Notes: a model not told the origin generated them from the letters alone. Counted from the first letter of the stretch, positions 31,802 to 42,502 are shown. The stretch: 64,000 bases of DNA from an uncultured Gemmatimonadales bacterium (GCA_963821525.1 CAWGED010000010.1:128001-192000); one strand, 5' to 3'. Made by a program: numbers and translations.

Positions 31802-32374
31802 ATGACCGGAGCGCGCATGCTGTTGACCGACGTCCTTTCTCGAGGCTGGTGGCACCTGCTGCTTCGCGGACTCGCCGCCATCGCCTTCGCCATACTTACC
31901 TGGTTCCGTCCGGGCATCTCCCTCGCCGCGCTGGTGCTGCTCTTCGGCGCGTACGCGCTGGTTGACGGAGTGCTCGCCGTGTGGACCGCGATCGCCGGCC
32001 GGGGGACCTACGATGGTTGGTGGGTACTCCTGCTCATCGGGCTGATCGGGGTGGCGGTAGGGATCATGACCTTCATGACCCCGGGGATCACCGCCCTCGC
32101 CCTTCTCTACTACATCGCCTTCTGGGCGATTTTCCGCGGGCTTCTCGAGATCTCGACGGCGATCCGGCTGCGGAAGGAGATCGAGGGTGAATGGCTGCTC
32201 ATCCTGGGCGGTGTCGCGTCGGTGGTATTCGGCGTGCTCCTCCTCGCCCGTCCCGGCGCCGGCGCCCTTGCGGTGCTCACCCTGATTGCGATCTACGCCT
32301 TGATCATCGGAATTATCCTGGTCATTCTCGCATTCAAGGTAAAAGGGATGGCTGGCCGGTTGGCGGGGGCCTGA
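31802..32374 (+). CDS. HdeD/DUF308 family membrane protein
   Basis: WWHLLLRG, FGAYALVDG, AIRLRKEIEGEW. Confidence 0.92.
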   Translation: MTGARMLLTDVLSRGWWHLLLRGLAAIAFAILTWFRPGISLAALVLLFGAYALVDGVLAVWTAIAGRGTYDGWWVLLLIGLIGVAVGIMTFMTPGITALALLYYIAFWAIFRGLLEISTAIRLRKEIEGEWLLILGGVASVVFGVLLLARPGAGALAVLTLIAIYALIIGIILVILAFKVKGMAGRLAGA

Positions 32375-32381
32375 AGCGAGA

Positions 32382-32482
32382 GAATTGCCGATTGACGATT
32401 GCTGATTGACGATTGAACTGCGGTGGACGCCTCGACTATGGCCCGCAGTTCAATCAGCAATCAGCAATCAACAATCGTCGAT
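32382..32482. repeat. Inverted heptamer repeats between convergent genes
   Basis: GATTGAC/GATTGCT ... CAATCAG/CAATCAA. Confidence 0.85.
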
Positions 32483-32922
32483 CACGCGTAAGCCGGCACC
32501 CCAAGTCCGCCACCGCCATCCGGCGGAGCCCCGAAGTGCTCGAGGCCGCACCCCAATTCCTCGCACACGTATCTCATCTCTTTGATCCACGAATCGCACA
32601 AGGCGGGCGTGACCACCGTGGAGCCCGTGATCGCCGCCACGTTCCATTTGCCGTCTTTTGTGAGGACATCCACCTCACTCCAACCAAGCCCCTGATCCAG
32701 CAGGTACTCGCGCACTTTATTGGCGACTGACTGATCGGGCGCCCAATAGGCGGTTGTGAGTACGCAGCCCGGAAAGTTCTCCGCGCCGCAGGGGCCGCAC
32801 AGGGTGCCGACGAGTCGGCGTACCTCGGTCCAATGGCGTTCGTTCTCGCGAATCTGACCCATCTGGCGATAGTGCCGCGTCGCGGCCAGCAGACACACGA
32901 CCAGGACCCCGACCACGGTCAA
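32482..32922 (-). CDS. Hypothetical protein with N-terminal TM helix
   Basis: ORF fills the gap and ends in a repeat arm. Confidence 0.5.
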   Translation of the reverse strand: MTVVGVLVVCLLAATRHYRQMGQIRENERHWTEVRRLVGTLCGPCGAENFPGCVLTTAYWAPDQSVANKVREYLLDQGLGWSEVDVLTKDGKWNVAAITGSTVVTPALCDSWIKEMRYVCEELGCGLEHFGAPPDGGGGLGVPAYA

Positions 32923-33154
32923 GGAGATGAGTAGCGAGATATTCGGTTCCGGAATGGCCAGCCGCAGTGGCGCAGATCGCCGTCGCCGGACCCGCGAAAC
33001 GGGGCGGAAGAGGAAGATCCCCCCGCCCCGTTTGTGATCGGCGGAGATGGCCCTGCCGACTGGACGTGATTTGCGCAGACAGTGCCACCTTATGGAACAC
33101 GGAAAGGGCAGTCAAGTTGCCCATGAGGGCAACACGAGTGATTTTCCGACCTCC

Positions 33155-33682
33155 ATGAGCCCGCAAATTCACCGGATCGAACGGCTGACACCCCCGTTTT
33201 CGGGCGCCGATCTTCGCGGGCTTGCCGAGCTACTGGTAGACGCGGTGTCCTCCGGCGCCGCGGTGAGCTTTCTCCCGCCGCTCACCGTTGAGCAGGCGGA
33301 GGCCTGGTGGCGGAAGACCGCCGACCCCAAGACCGTTGTTCTTGTGGCCCGGGATGCCATGGGCATCGTCGGGACGGTACAGCTCCACCCATCCTGGGCA
33401 CCCAACCAGCCCCACCGGGGCGACATTGCCAAGCTCGTGGTCCATCGCCGGAGCCGGCGCACCGGGCTGGGATCCCAGCTGATGCAAGCCATCGAAGGCG
33501 AAGCCCGCCGGGCTGGATTCACTCTTCTCACCCTCGATACCAAGCAAGGCGATGGCGCGGAGCAGCTCTACCGCCGAGGCGGATGGATCGAGGTTGGTGT
33601 GATTCCGCGGTATGCACTAAATCCAGATGGCAGCATGCACGCGACGGTTGTGTTTTATAAGGACTTGTACAGCAGTCGATAG
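33155..33682 (+). CDS. GNAT acetyltransferase
   Basis: NQPHRGDIAKLVVH..RRTGLG, LLTLDT. Confidence 0.92.
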   Translation: MSPQIHRIERLTPPFSGADLRGLAELLVDAVSSGAAVSFLPPLTVEQAEAWWRKTADPKTVVLVARDAMGIVGTVQLHPSWAPNQPHRGDIAKLVVHRRSRRTGLGSQLMQAIEGEARRAGFTLLTLDTKQGDGAEQLYRRGGWIEVGVIPRYALNPDGSMHATVVFYKDLYSSR

Positions 33683-33780
33683 TCGATGGTCAGTGGTCTT
33701 GAGTCGTGGGTCTTGAGTCTGCCAGACCCAAGACTCATGACCCAAGACTTCCGACCACCGACCATCGACCATCGACCGCC
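33674..33780. repeat. Nested inverted heptamer repeats
   Basis: Outer GTCGATA/GTCGATG...CGACCAT, inner GTCTTGA/GTCGTGG...GACCCAA/GACTCAT. Confidence 0.85.
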
Positions 33781-33786
33781 AACCGC

Positions 33787-34629
33787 ATGCGCACACCCGT
33801 TCTCACCACCCTCGCCCTCATCGCCTTTGCCGCCAATTCCCTGCTCTGCCGTCTGGCGCTCAGGAGCCAGGCCATCGATCCCGCGACCTTTTCCGCCGTT
33901 CGGATCGTCTCCGGCGCCCTGATACTCGGCTTGCTCGTCCGTTGGCCGAGCGACGCACCTCCAGCGTCGGGCGGCTCGAGCTGGACGTCGGCTGGTCTCC
34001 TTTTCCTTTATGCTGCGCCGTTTTCCTTCGCCTACCTGCATCTGAGCGCGGGGACCGGCGCGCTCCTGCTCTTTGCCTCTGTCCAAGTGACGATGGTGCT
34101 GGCCGCGCTGGCGCGGGGGGAGCGTCCCCGTCCCATCCAATGGGTCGGGCTGACCGTGGCTATAGCAGGATTGGTCTACCTCGTCCTTCCCGGCCTCACG
34201 GCCCCGGATCCGTTCAGCGCCTCCCTCATGTTTCTCGCAGGCGTTGCCTGGGGCCTCTACTCCCTGCGCGGGCGAAGCACCACCGCGCCACTCGCCCAGA
34301 CCGCCGGCAACTTCGCTCGCGCCGTGCCGATGGTGCTCGTTCTCTGTCTAGTCGCCTGGCCGGTGCCGCCGGTCAAAGCGAGCGGAGTTCTTTGGGCCGT
34401 GCTCTCGGGCGCCATCGCCTCGGGTATCGGTTATGCTCTCTGGTATGCCGCACTTCGTCACCTCACAGCCATGACGGCGGCGATCGTACAACTCGCCGTG
34501 CCGATTCTCGCCGGAGCGGGAGGAGTACTCCTGTTGGGAGAAGTGCTCACCATTCGGCTGGCCTTTGCCGCGGTGCTGGTTCTGGGAGGCATTGGCATGG
34601 CCATCCTTGGCCGCGCGCCCGCACGCTGA
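33787..34629 (+). CDS. DMT/EamA transporter
   Basis: AFAANSLLCRLAL, ~10 TM helices, SGIGYALWY. Confidence 0.9.
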   Translation: MRTPVLTTLALIAFAANSLLCRLALRSQAIDPATFSAVRIVSGALILGLLVRWPSDAPPASGGSSWTSAGLLFLYAAPFSFAYLHLSAGTGALLLFASVQVTMVLAALARGERPRPIQWVGLTVAIAGLVYLVLPGLTAPDPFSASLMFLAGVAWGLYSLRGRSTTAPLAQTAGNFARAVPMVLVLCLVAWPVPPVKASGVLWAVLSGAIASGIGYALWYAALRHLTAMTAAIVQLAVPILAGAGGVLLLGEVLTIRLAFAAVLVLGGIGMAILGRAPAR

Positions 34630-34697
34630 CGCCTACCGGCGGCCGAACTACCTTCCGGCAAAGGAGTGAGAGTAGTTTTTTCGAGAGGTGACCTACC

Positions 34698-35066
34698 GTG
34701 AGCCAACTGCAAGCCTTGTCCCTACTCCCCTTCGTTCCCAGCGGCACCCGCTACGAGGAGACTCGACGTCTCTTCGTCGATCTCGGCTTCGAAGAACTCT
34801 GGGAGAACTCCGGCTACGCCGGCTTCCGTAATGGTGAAGCGCAGTTCATCCTGCAGCGATTCGAGGAGAAGACCTTTGCCGAGAACTTCATGGTCCGGCT
34901 CAACGTCCCGGATCTCGATGCCTGGTGGCAGACTGTTTCGGCAATGAAACTGGACCAGAAGTACCCGGGTCTTCGACTCGCCCCACCGACCGATTATCCC
35001 TGGGGACGAGAGGTGAACTTCATTGACCTGGCCGGCGTGTGCTGGCACGTGGGAGAAGGAGATTGA
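34698..35066 (+). CDS. VOC family protein
   Basis: PFVPSG..LGFE, YPWGRE...DLAGVCWH. Confidence 0.88.
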   Translation: MSQLQALSLLPFVPSGTRYEETRRLFVDLGFEELWENSGYAGFRNGEAQFILQRFEEKTFAENFMVRLNVPDLDAWWQTVSAMKLDQKYPGLRLAPPTDYPWGREVNFIDLAGVCWHVGEGD

Positions 35067-35190
35067 GGGATTGAGGGATGTGAGGGATGTATGGATTGAG
35101 GATGTCGGGGATGCTGATGCATCTCGATCGATAACGCCTCGGGAGCAGAACACATCCCTCAATCCCTCAATCCAAACATCCCTCAATCCT
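35061..35190. repeat. Inverted ~8-mer tandem repeats
   Basis: GATTGAGG/GATGTGAGG ... CATCCCTC/AATCCCTC. Confidence 0.85.
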
Positions 35191-35191
35191 C

Positions 35192-35698
35192 ATGTCCGAT
35201 CTGAACCAGGCCCTGATTCGCCTCCATGGAGCGGTGGCCGAGTTCGTTGCGGCGGCAGCGGTGGCCGCGCCGAGGTGGACCGTCCCGCGGGCTCCCGGAA
35301 AGTGGTCGCCCAGCCAGGTCGTCGAGCACGTTGCCCGCATAATGGAGGAGTCGGCCAGCGTCGCTTCGGGTGATCCCTCCAAGTTCCCCACGGTCTCCCG
35401 TCTGCTCCGCCCCGTCGCTCGACTGATGTTCTTCCAGCGCGTTCTCCGCCGGAATTCCTTCCTCACACTGAAGACTGCCGGCCCCTTCGATCCTGCGACC
35501 GGTTCACCGACAGCGGGCCAGGGTCGGGTCCGGGTGGAGCAGGCCCTGACTCGATTCGATAAGGCGTGTCGGGGGCGGGAGGCGAGTGGGAAGGAGGTGC
35601 CGAGTACCATCTTCGGCGACGTGTCGGTCGCGGATTTCGCGCGCTTCCAGGAGCTGCACGTGCAGCACCATCAGCAGCAGCTGAAGATTTCAGATTGA
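35192..35698 (+). CDS. DinB family protein
   Basis: GKWSPSQVVEH, HVQHH; ends inside a repeat arm. Confidence 0.88.
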   Translation: MSDLNQALIRLHGAVAEFVAAAAVAAPRWTVPRAPGKWSPSQVVEHVARIMEESASVASGDPSKFPTVSRLLRPVARLMFFQRVLRRNSFLTLKTAGPFDPATGSPTAGQGRVRVEQALTRFDKACRGREASGKEVPSTIFGDVSVADFARFQELHVQHHQQQLKISD

Positions 35699-35760
35699 AG
35701 ATTGCAAACTGGGTGTGCCCCGGCCCTCAAATCTTCAATCTGAAATCTTCAATCTTCCAT
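35682..35760. repeat. Inverted heptamer repeats between convergent genes
   Basis: GAAGATTTCAGATTGAAGATT ... AATCTTCAATCTGAAATCTTC. Confidence 0.9.
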
Positions 35761-35769
35761 CGCCCGCGC

Positions 35770-36270
35770 CTACTTCCCCTTAACCAGCGTCGCCAACAGC
35801 TCCGCCAGGCGGTCGAGCGTCTCCTCGGCGCCAGCCAGCATGCCTGACTTGAGCGTCTCGTCCCGCGCCTGTTGCGATGGGAAGTACATGGTCTCGACCA
35901 GCGTTGTCTTCTCGCCCTTGTCGAGGAACACATCCTCCACCAGCCCGGCGGGATCCCGGAAGCCGTCCACGTCATACATGAAGGTGTAGACTAGCCGCTC
36001 GGGGGGGACGATCTCGCGGTACTCCCCGCGGAAGGGATGCTCAGTACCGTTGGCGTTGCGGGAGACATAGCGCCAGGTCCCGCCCGTACGCAGGTCCACC
36101 TCACATACGGTCAGCGTGGAGCCGCTGCGGCCCCACCAGAGTCTCAAGTGCTCAGGCTTGACGAAGGCCTCGAAGACCAGGCTCCGCGGGGCGTCGAACT
36201 CGCGGGTGAGGACGATCTCCTTCTCCGAAGGGAGCGTCACCTTGATGGAAGTAGTCTTGCCGGCGGTCAT
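35770..36270 (-). CDS. SRPBCC/AHSA1 domain protein
   Basis: REFDAPRSLVF, VDLRTGG.W, YREIVPPERLV. Confidence 0.92.
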   Translation of the reverse strand: MTAGKTTSIKVTLPSEKEIVLTREFDAPRSLVFEAFVKPEHLRLWWGRSGSTLTVCEVDLRTGGTWRYVSRNANGTEHPFRGEYREIVPPERLVYTFMYDVDGFRDPAGLVEDVFLDKGEKTTLVETMYFPSQQARDETLKSGMLAGAEETLDRLAELLATLVKGK

Positions 36271-36608
36271 GGTCCCCGTTTCCTCTCTTTCAGGTCCTGA
36301 AGGTACTGGTCGAGACGGTCGAAGCTCTCGGACCGAAGCTGAGTGAAGCTCGTCACCCAGTCGTGAATCGGCTTGAGTCCCTCGTCCTGCAAGGCATAGA
36401 GCCGCTGTTGTCCCGCCTCCCGCACGTGGACCAGCCCAACCTCTTTCAACACCCGCAGGTGCTTCGAAGCCTGAGGCTGCCGGACTCGAAGCGACCGGGC
36501 CAGCTCATTCACCGAGCGTTCCCCACCCTTCAGCAGGTTGAGGATCTGGCGGCGCCGAGGCTCGGCGACGGCGTTGAAGACATCGGAGGTCGTTGCGGCT
36601 CGGGCCAT
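36267..36608 (-). CDS. ArsR/SmtB family regulator
   Basis: FNAVAEPRRR, SKHLRVLKEVGLV. Confidence 0.92.
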   Translation of the reverse strand: MARAATTSDVFNAVAEPRRRQILNLLKGGERSVNELARSLRVRQPQASKHLRVLKEVGLVHVREAGQQRLYALQDEGLKPIHDWVTSFTQLRSESFDRLDQYLQDLKERKRGP

Positions 36609-36642
36609 GAGGTTAATATATGCCCATATCGGAATATGTCAA
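36609..36642 (-). promoter_or_regulatory. Sigma70 promoter, leaderless mRNA, overlapping operator
   Basis: TTGACA-16-TATATT, 6 nt before ATG; imperfect palindrome ATATTCCG..GGGCATAT. Confidence 0.65.
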
Positions 36643-36919
36643 CGATGCTGGATTCGGGACCTGAGTCCCCCGCTAGATTTGGGGGCATGACTACCTGTAT
36701 GCGCCTTTACCTCGCGGATCTCGACGCCTTGTTGAGCAGCTCGCCAACTCGTCGCCTTTGCGCCACTCCATCCAGCAGGTTGATCGGCAACAGGTCGCGT
36801 CCTACGTCGAACAACGGGGTGCCGAACTCGGGCTACGGCATCTTCATGGCTCTCTGGGAAGAGTCTGCGCCGAAGGCCGGCTGACCCGCACCCTCTTGCC
36901 ATCAGAAAAGTCAATCGCA

Positions 36920-39151
36920 ATGCCGCCCGATCAACTGGAGCGCCTGAATTCCGAACTCGCCGGCCGTTACGCGATCGAGCGGGAACTCGCGCAGGGCGGA
37001 ATGGCGACGGTCTATCTCGCGGACGACCTGCGGCATCACCGCAAGGTCGCGATCAAGGTGCTCCGCCCGGAACTGGCATCGGTCCTGGGTCCTGATCGCT
37101 TCGCGCGGGAGATCGCCATCGCCGCGCGGCTCAACCATCCTCACATTCTCGCCTTGTATGATTCGGGTGCCGTGGGCGGGCATCTCTTCTACGTCATGCC
37201 TTACATCCGGGGCGAGTCGCTGCGCCAGAAGCTGGAGCGCGAAAAGCAGCTCGACTTGGGTGAGGCGCTCGCGATCATTCGACAGGTCGCCTCGGCGCTG
37301 GATTACGCCCACGCGCAGAACCTGGTCCACCGGGATATCAAGCCGGAGAACATCCTTCTATATGAAGGCGAGGCGATGGTGGCCGACTTCGGCATCGCGC
37401 TCGCGCCGAGCAACGCCCCGGCCGACCGGCTCACCACCAACGGGCTGGCTCTGGGGACTCCACACTACATGAGTCCGGAGCAGGCATCCGGGGAGTCGAA
37501 CCTGGACGCCCGCAGCGATGTCTACTCCCTTGCGTGCGTGCTATACGAGCTGCTTACCGGAGAGCCTCCCTATACCGGAGTCACGGCGCATGCGGTGATC
37601 GCCAAGCGCTTCACCGATCCCATACCCTCTGCCCGGAGGCTTCGGCCGGCGGTGCCAGCTGCCGTAGATCAGGCGCTCACCAAGGCGCTGGCTCGGATAC
37701 CCAGCGACCGCTTCACCAGTTGCGGGGCCTTTATCGAAGCCACGACTCGTCCGGCGGGACGGGAGACCAGGACGGCTTCGGTCGCCGTGTTGCCGTTTCT
37801 GAACCTGAGCCCCGATCCAGCCAACGATTTCTTCGCCGACGGAATCACCGAGGATGTGATCGCCCAACTCTCGAAGATCCGCTCGCTGAAGGTGATCTCC
37901 CGTAGCTCGGCGATGCGGTTCAAGAAGCGGGAACAGAGCCTGCAGGAGATCGGGGCGACACTGGGTGTCGCAACACTACTCGACGGCAGCGTCCGGCGCG
38001 TCGGCGACCAGGTCCGGATCGTCGCCCAGCTGATCGACGCCGAAGCCGATCGCCATCTCTGGAGCGAGACCTACGACCGGCGGATGACCGACATCTTCGC
38101 GATTCAGACCGACGTCGCTCTCCACATCGCCTCGGCGCTGCAGGCCGAGTTGTCTCCGGAGGAGAGGACCCGGATCCGGCGCGAGCCTACCGACAACCTT
38201 CTCGCGTACCAGCTCTATCTCCAGGGCCGTTACTGCTACACTCGCTATACCGAGGACTGGATCCGGAAGGGCATCGAGTACTATCGCCAGGCGATCGCGG
38301 CGGATCCCGATTACGCCCTCGCTCACACCGGCATCGCCCTCGCCTTTGCCGAGCTGGCGGCGGGACAGGGCGGCGGCTCGATGCGACCGGATCTCGCTTA
38401 CGAGGAGGCCATGGCCTCGGTCACCAAGGCCCTCGCTTTGGATTACGAAATGGGCGAAGCCCACTCGGTGCTTGCCCTCCTCCGCTTCTCCCACAGCTTC
38501 GACTGGGCCGGCGCCGAGGATGAGTTCAAGCTGGCGCTGGAGCTGAGTCCGGGAGGCGCCGACATCCATGACCACTATGGCTGGATGTGCGCCGCACTGG
38601 AGCGGTACGACGAGGCGCTGGAGCTGGTGCAGCGGGCCCAGGAGCTGGATCCGCTGACCCACCGGGCGGATGTCGCCTCCACATTGCTCCGGGCGGGACG
38701 TAACGAAGAGGCCTTGCAGGCGGCGTTGCGGGCCGTCGAGTTCGAGCCCGATTATCCGCGGGGGCGTTCAACGTTGGGCTGGGCCTACATGAAGTTGGGA
38801 AACGTTGACGAGGGGCTGAGCAACCTGCAGCAAGCCGTGAAGCTCAACACCGGCAACACTCTCTATCTCGCCCAGCTGGGGGAAGCGTACGGAATCGCCG
38901 GGAAGAGCGATGAGGCCCGCGAGGTGTTGCGACAGCTGGAGGAGATGGGCCGGCAGCGATACGTCTCGCCCTACCATCTCGCCTACGTCTACACTGGCCT
39001 GGGAGAGAACGACCGGGCAATGGATTTCCTGGAGCGGGCCTATGCGGAGCGGGCCGGGAGTGTGTATGGAATCAAGGGGTCGTTCCTGTTCACGAGCCTC
39101 CGATCGCATCCGAGATTCAAAGCCCTGCTCGCCAAGATGAATCTGGCCTGA
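36920..39151 (+). CDS. Ser/Thr kinase with TolB-N-like and TPR domains
   Basis: GGMATVY, HRDIKPEN, DFG; SVAVLPF.NLS..FADGITED; TPRs. Confidence 0.94.
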   Translation: MPPDQLERLNSELAGRYAIERELAQGGMATVYLADDLRHHRKVAIKVLRPELASVLGPDRFAREIAIAARLNHPHILALYDSGAVGGHLFYVMPYIRGESLRQKLEREKQLDLGEALAIIRQVASALDYAHAQNLVHRDIKPENILLYEGEAMVADFGIALAPSNAPADRLTTNGLALGTPHYMSPEQASGESNLDARSDVYSLACVLYELLTGEPPYTGVTAHAVIAKRFTDPIPSARRLRPAVPAAVDQALTKALARIPSDRFTSCGAFIEATTRPAGRETRTASVAVLPFLNLSPDPANDFFADGITEDVIAQLSKIRSLKVISRSSAMRFKKREQSLQEIGATLGVATLLDGSVRRVGDQVRIVAQLIDAEADRHLWSETYDRRMTDIFAIQTDVALHIASALQAELSPEERTRIRREPTDNLLAYQLYLQGRYCYTRYTEDWIRKGIEYYRQAIAADPDYALAHTGIALAFAELAAGQGGGSMRPDLAYEEAMASVTKALALDYEMGEAHSVLALLRFSHSFDWAGAEDEFKLALELSPGGADIHDHYGWMCAALERYDEALELVQRAQELDPLTHRADVASTLLRAGRNEEALQAALRAVEFEPDYPRGRSTLGWAYMKLGNVDEGLSNLQQAVKLNTGNTLYLAQLGEAYGIAGKSDEAREVLRQLEEMGRQRYVSPYHLAYVYTGLGENDRAMDFLERAYAERAGSVYGIKGSFLFTSLRSHPRFKALLAKMNLA

Positions 39152-39173
39152 CCGGAACTCGCGCTTGAAGTCC

Positions 39174-40142
39174 ATGCAAGCAATCGTCGTCCAGACACTC
39201 GGTGACCCCAGCGTCCTGACGCTGCGTTCCCACCCCATTCCCGACCCCGGCCCGGGCGAAGTGCTCGTTCGCATCGAGGCGGTCGGCGTCAACTTCACCG
39301 AAACCGAGAAGCGCCGCGGGGTCTACAATCCTCCGGCCCTGCCCTGGATCCCGGGCGACGAAGGCGCCGGCGTGGTCGAGGCAACCGGCCAGGGCGTTGA
39401 CCGGTCGTGGGCCGGACGTCGCGTCGCCTTCTGGGCCCAGGGCACCAGCGGGACCTACGCCCAGTATGCCGTGGCCCCGGTCAACTCATTGTTCTCCTTG
39501 CTGGATCAGGTCGAGTTCCCGGTCGCCGCCGCTCTCCCCGCGCAGGGCCTGACCGCCTACGGATTGGCCAACGCTGCAACGGAGCTGACCCGCGGGCAGA
39601 GCGCGTTGGTGCACGCGGCAGCGGGCGGTGTCGGTTCCTTGCTGGTTCAACTGCTGCTGCGCCGAGGGGTGCGGGTCTTCGGGACCGCGTCGAGCGCGGC
39701 AAAGCAGGAACTGGTGGGAGAACTGGGAGCCACACCCCTACCCTACGGCCCGGAGCTGCCGCAACTGCTCAGGACCGCCAACGGGGGGCAGGGCGTGGAT
39801 GCCGTATTCGACTCGGTGGGTCATGCCACCCAGGCCGACAGCCTGGCCGCTCTGAAGCTCTACGGACAGCTGGTTTTCTTCGGTGAATCCAGCGGCTCTC
39901 CGGCTCCGATCCATCCCGACGAGCTTTATGGCCTAAACCTACGAGTCAGCAGTTTCTGGCTGGCAGCAGATCCTCCGGAGCGATGGGATACGGCCCGTCG
40001 CGAGCTGCAGGAGTGGGTGGTGTCGGGACAGCTCCGGGTTACCCTGGGACAGATTTTCCCATTGGCCCAGGCCGCCGACGCGCACCGCCGACTTGAGCAG
40101 CGGCAGACTCACGGCAAGTTGATTCTGCTTCCCGCGGCGTAG
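39174..40142 (+). CDS. Quinone oxidoreductase (MDR family)
   Basis: GVNF, HAAAGGVG, HGKLIL. Confidence 0.92.
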   Translation: MQAIVVQTLGDPSVLTLRSHPIPDPGPGEVLVRIEAVGVNFTETEKRRGVYNPPALPWIPGDEGAGVVEATGQGVDRSWAGRRVAFWAQGTSGTYAQYAVAPVNSLFSLLDQVEFPVAAALPAQGLTAYGLANAATELTRGQSALVHAAAGGVGSLLVQLLLRRGVRVFGTASSAAKQELVGELGATPLPYGPELPQLLRTANGGQGVDAVFDSVGHATQADSLAALKLYGQLVFFGESSGSPAPIHPDELYGLNLRVSSFWLAADPPERWDTARRELQEWVVSGQLRVTLGQIFPLAQAADAHRRLEQRQTHGKLILLPAA

Positions 40143-40166
40143 GGCATTCACCGGGAGTCCACAAAC

Positions 40167-41582
40167 ATGAGAGCGAAGACCACGAACGGGCAGGAGTTCG
40201 ACCTGAAACAGGATCTGCTCGATGGCCTGAAGATGCGCATGCGAGGCTCGCTGCTGCTCCCCGGCGAGCCCGGTTACGAGGACTCTCGCACCGTCTGGAA
40301 CGGGATGATCGACCGGCGGCCGGCCGCCGTTGCGCGCTGCCTCGGCACCGCCGACGTGATCGAGTGCGTGAAGCTGGCGGCGGCCAATGATCTCCTGCTC
40401 TGCATCAAGAGCGGGGGGCATAACATCGCCGGGCTGGCTTGCGCCGACGGCGGCCTGATGCTGGACCTCTCACCCATGCGCGGAGTGTGGGTCGATACCC
40501 GGAGAAAGATCGCGCACGCCCAGGGCGGTTGTCTCCTGGGCGATGTCGACCGGGAAACCCAGCTGCACGGGCTGGCGGCGGTGTTGGGGTTCGTCTCCCT
40601 CACCGGTATTGCGGGACTCACCCTGGGGGGCGGTTTCGGATACCTGACCCGGCGCTGGGGCTGGACCGCGGACAACGTGGTCGGCATGGATCTGGTGACC
40701 GCGGACGGCCGGTTGGTTCGCGCCAGCAGCGAGGAAAATCAGGATTTGTTCTGGGGACTGCGCGGCGGAGGGGGGAATTTCGGTGTCGTCACCGGCATCG
40801 ACTACACCCTTTACCCGGTCGGTCCCGAAATCGTGGGTGGCATCGTGGCGTGGCCGGCGAGCGATGCACCGAAGGTCCTCGAGCTGTTTCGCTCCCTCGT
40901 GGAAGACGCCCCGCCCGAACTGACCCTCGTTGCCCTGATGCGGCCGGCACCGGCGGCGCCATGGCTCCCCAAGGAGTGGCACGGGAAGCCGATCGTGGCC
41001 CTGCTCGCCTGCTACAGCGGAAAGCCGGAAGAAGGCGAGAAGGTCGTCGCTCCAATCAAGGCCTTCGGAACTCCGCTCGGCGATGTACTGGTGCGGCGCC
41101 CTTACGCCCAGCTGCAGACCCTGTTTGATGCGGCCAATCCCAAGGGACGGCGCTACTACTGGAAGAGCGAATACATGGCCCGCATCGAACCCGCCTTATG
41201 CGACAAGGCGATCGAGCACGCCGCCGCGATCCAGTCACCCCACTCGGCGGTGATCCTCTTCCAGATCAAAGGCGCCCTCAACCGGCTCAGTGATGAGCAC
41301 TCGCCGGTCGGCAACCGTGATGCCTGCTACGTGCTCAACCTGGCCGGCGCCTGGGAAAAGGCGGAGGAAGACGAGTCTCACATTGCCTGGGCTCGCCTGG
41401 CGTGGAACGACATGAAGCGATTCTCGACTGGCGGCAACTACATCAACTTCCTGACCGAAGACGAAGGCCAGGACCGGATCGAGGCGGCGTTGGGCAAGTC
41501 CATCCGCCAGCTCGGCGAGGTCAAGAGCAAGTGGGACGCGAAGAACATCTTTCGGACCAACCGCAACATCAGACCAGCATGA
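40167..41582 (+). CDS. FAD-linked oxidase (berberine-bridge-like)
   Basis: KSGGHN, GLTLGGG, WGLRGGGGNFGVVT, YINF. Confidence 0.93.
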   Translation: MRAKTTNGQEFDLKQDLLDGLKMRMRGSLLLPGEPGYEDSRTVWNGMIDRRPAAVARCLGTADVIECVKLAAANDLLLCIKSGGHNIAGLACADGGLMLDLSPMRGVWVDTRRKIAHAQGGCLLGDVDRETQLHGLAAVLGFVSLTGIAGLTLGGGFGYLTRRWGWTADNVVGMDLVTADGRLVRASSEENQDLFWGLRGGGGNFGVVTGIDYTLYPVGPEIVGGIVAWPASDAPKVLELFRSLVEDAPPELTLVALMRPAPAAPWLPKEWHGKPIVALLACYSGKPEEGEKVVAPIKAFGTPLGDVLVRRPYAQLQTLFDAANPKGRRYYWKSEYMARIEPALCDKAIEHAAAIQSPHSAVILFQIKGALNRLSDEHSPVGNRDACYVLNLAGAWEKAEEDESHIAWARLAWNDMKRFSTGGNYINFLTEDEGQDRIEAALGKSIRQLGEVKSKWDAKNIFRTNRNIRPA

Positions 41583-41650
41583 GGGCCATGTCAGGCGCCG
41601 TCTGGGTCTTTCGAACCTCGAGGGGCGACAGCTGACCCCCAGATTGACCG

Positions 41651-42502
41651 ATGCCCTCGCCAACGCTGGCTGATCGGGCGAAGGGCTTGGCCCGGGAATG
41701 GAGTCTGAGTGTCACGAGGGTGGAGGAGACACCGACTTCGCTTCTGGCGTTCGGGAATCGCGGCGAAATCCCGGTCGTTCTCAAGGTCTTCCGCGAGTCG
41801 GGAGATGAATGGAATTCCAGCGCCGTCCTCCGGGCCTTTCGCGGCCACGGAATGGTCGAAGTGCTCGAGTATCGGGAGGACGCCGTTCTGCTGGAACGGC
41901 TGAGCCCGGGAACCGCGCTGGCTGAGCTGACGCTCGCTGGTCGAGACGCTGAGGCCACGGAAATCGTCGCCGACACAGTCCACCAACTCTCCGAGGCCAA
42001 CGCCACAGTCGATGGGATTCCCACGGTGGAAGATTGGGGACAGGGGTTCGCGGCTTATCTGAGGAGTACCGATTCCCAACTGGACCGCGGGCTGGTCGAG
42101 CGGGGACAGATCTGTTACGAAAAGCTCGCGGCCTCGCAACAAGCACCGCGCCTGCTGCATGGCGATCTCCAGCATTACAACATCCTGCAGGACAGCCGAC
42201 GGGGATGGATCGCGATCGACCCCAAGGGGGTCCTGGGCGAGATCGAGTACGAATTCGGCGCCAGTTTCCGAAACCCTCAGCAGCCGCCTGATTACTACAC
42301 CGGCCGAGAAGTCGTCGAACAGCGACTCCGGATTTATACCTCCCGGCTCCACGTCGTGCCGGAACGGGTCCTGGCCTGGGCGTACGCTCAAGCGGTGCTG
42401 TCGGCGATCTGGCTGGTAGAGGACGGCATCCCGGTCGCGCCTGACGCGCCGCAGATCCAACTCGCGCGAACAATCGAATCGATTCTTCCACCAGGTCCCT
42501 GA
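41651..42502 (+). CDS. Aminoglycoside/hydroxyurea phosphotransferase, APH(6) family
   Basis: LLERL.PG, LLHGDLQHYNIL, IAIDPKG. Confidence 0.88.
   Translation: MPSPTLADRAKGLAREWSLSVTRVEETPTSLLAFGNRGEIPVVLKVFRESGDEWNSSAVLRAFRGHGMVEVLEYREDAVLLERLSPGTALAELTLAGRDAEATEIVADTVHQLSEANATVDGIPTVEDWGQGFAAYLRSTDSQLDRGLVERGQICYEKLAASQQAPRLLHGDLQHYNILQDSRRGWIAIDPKGVLGEIEYEFGASFRNPQQPPDYYTGREVVEQRLRIYTSRLHVVPERVLAWAYAQAVLSAIWLVEDGIPVAPDAPQIQLARTIESILPPGP

Noticed and set aside
36688..36919. Extra N-terminal domain on the second kinase
   Set aside because: No motif; the kinase family N-terminus starts at 36920, so this is probably a remnant or non-coding.
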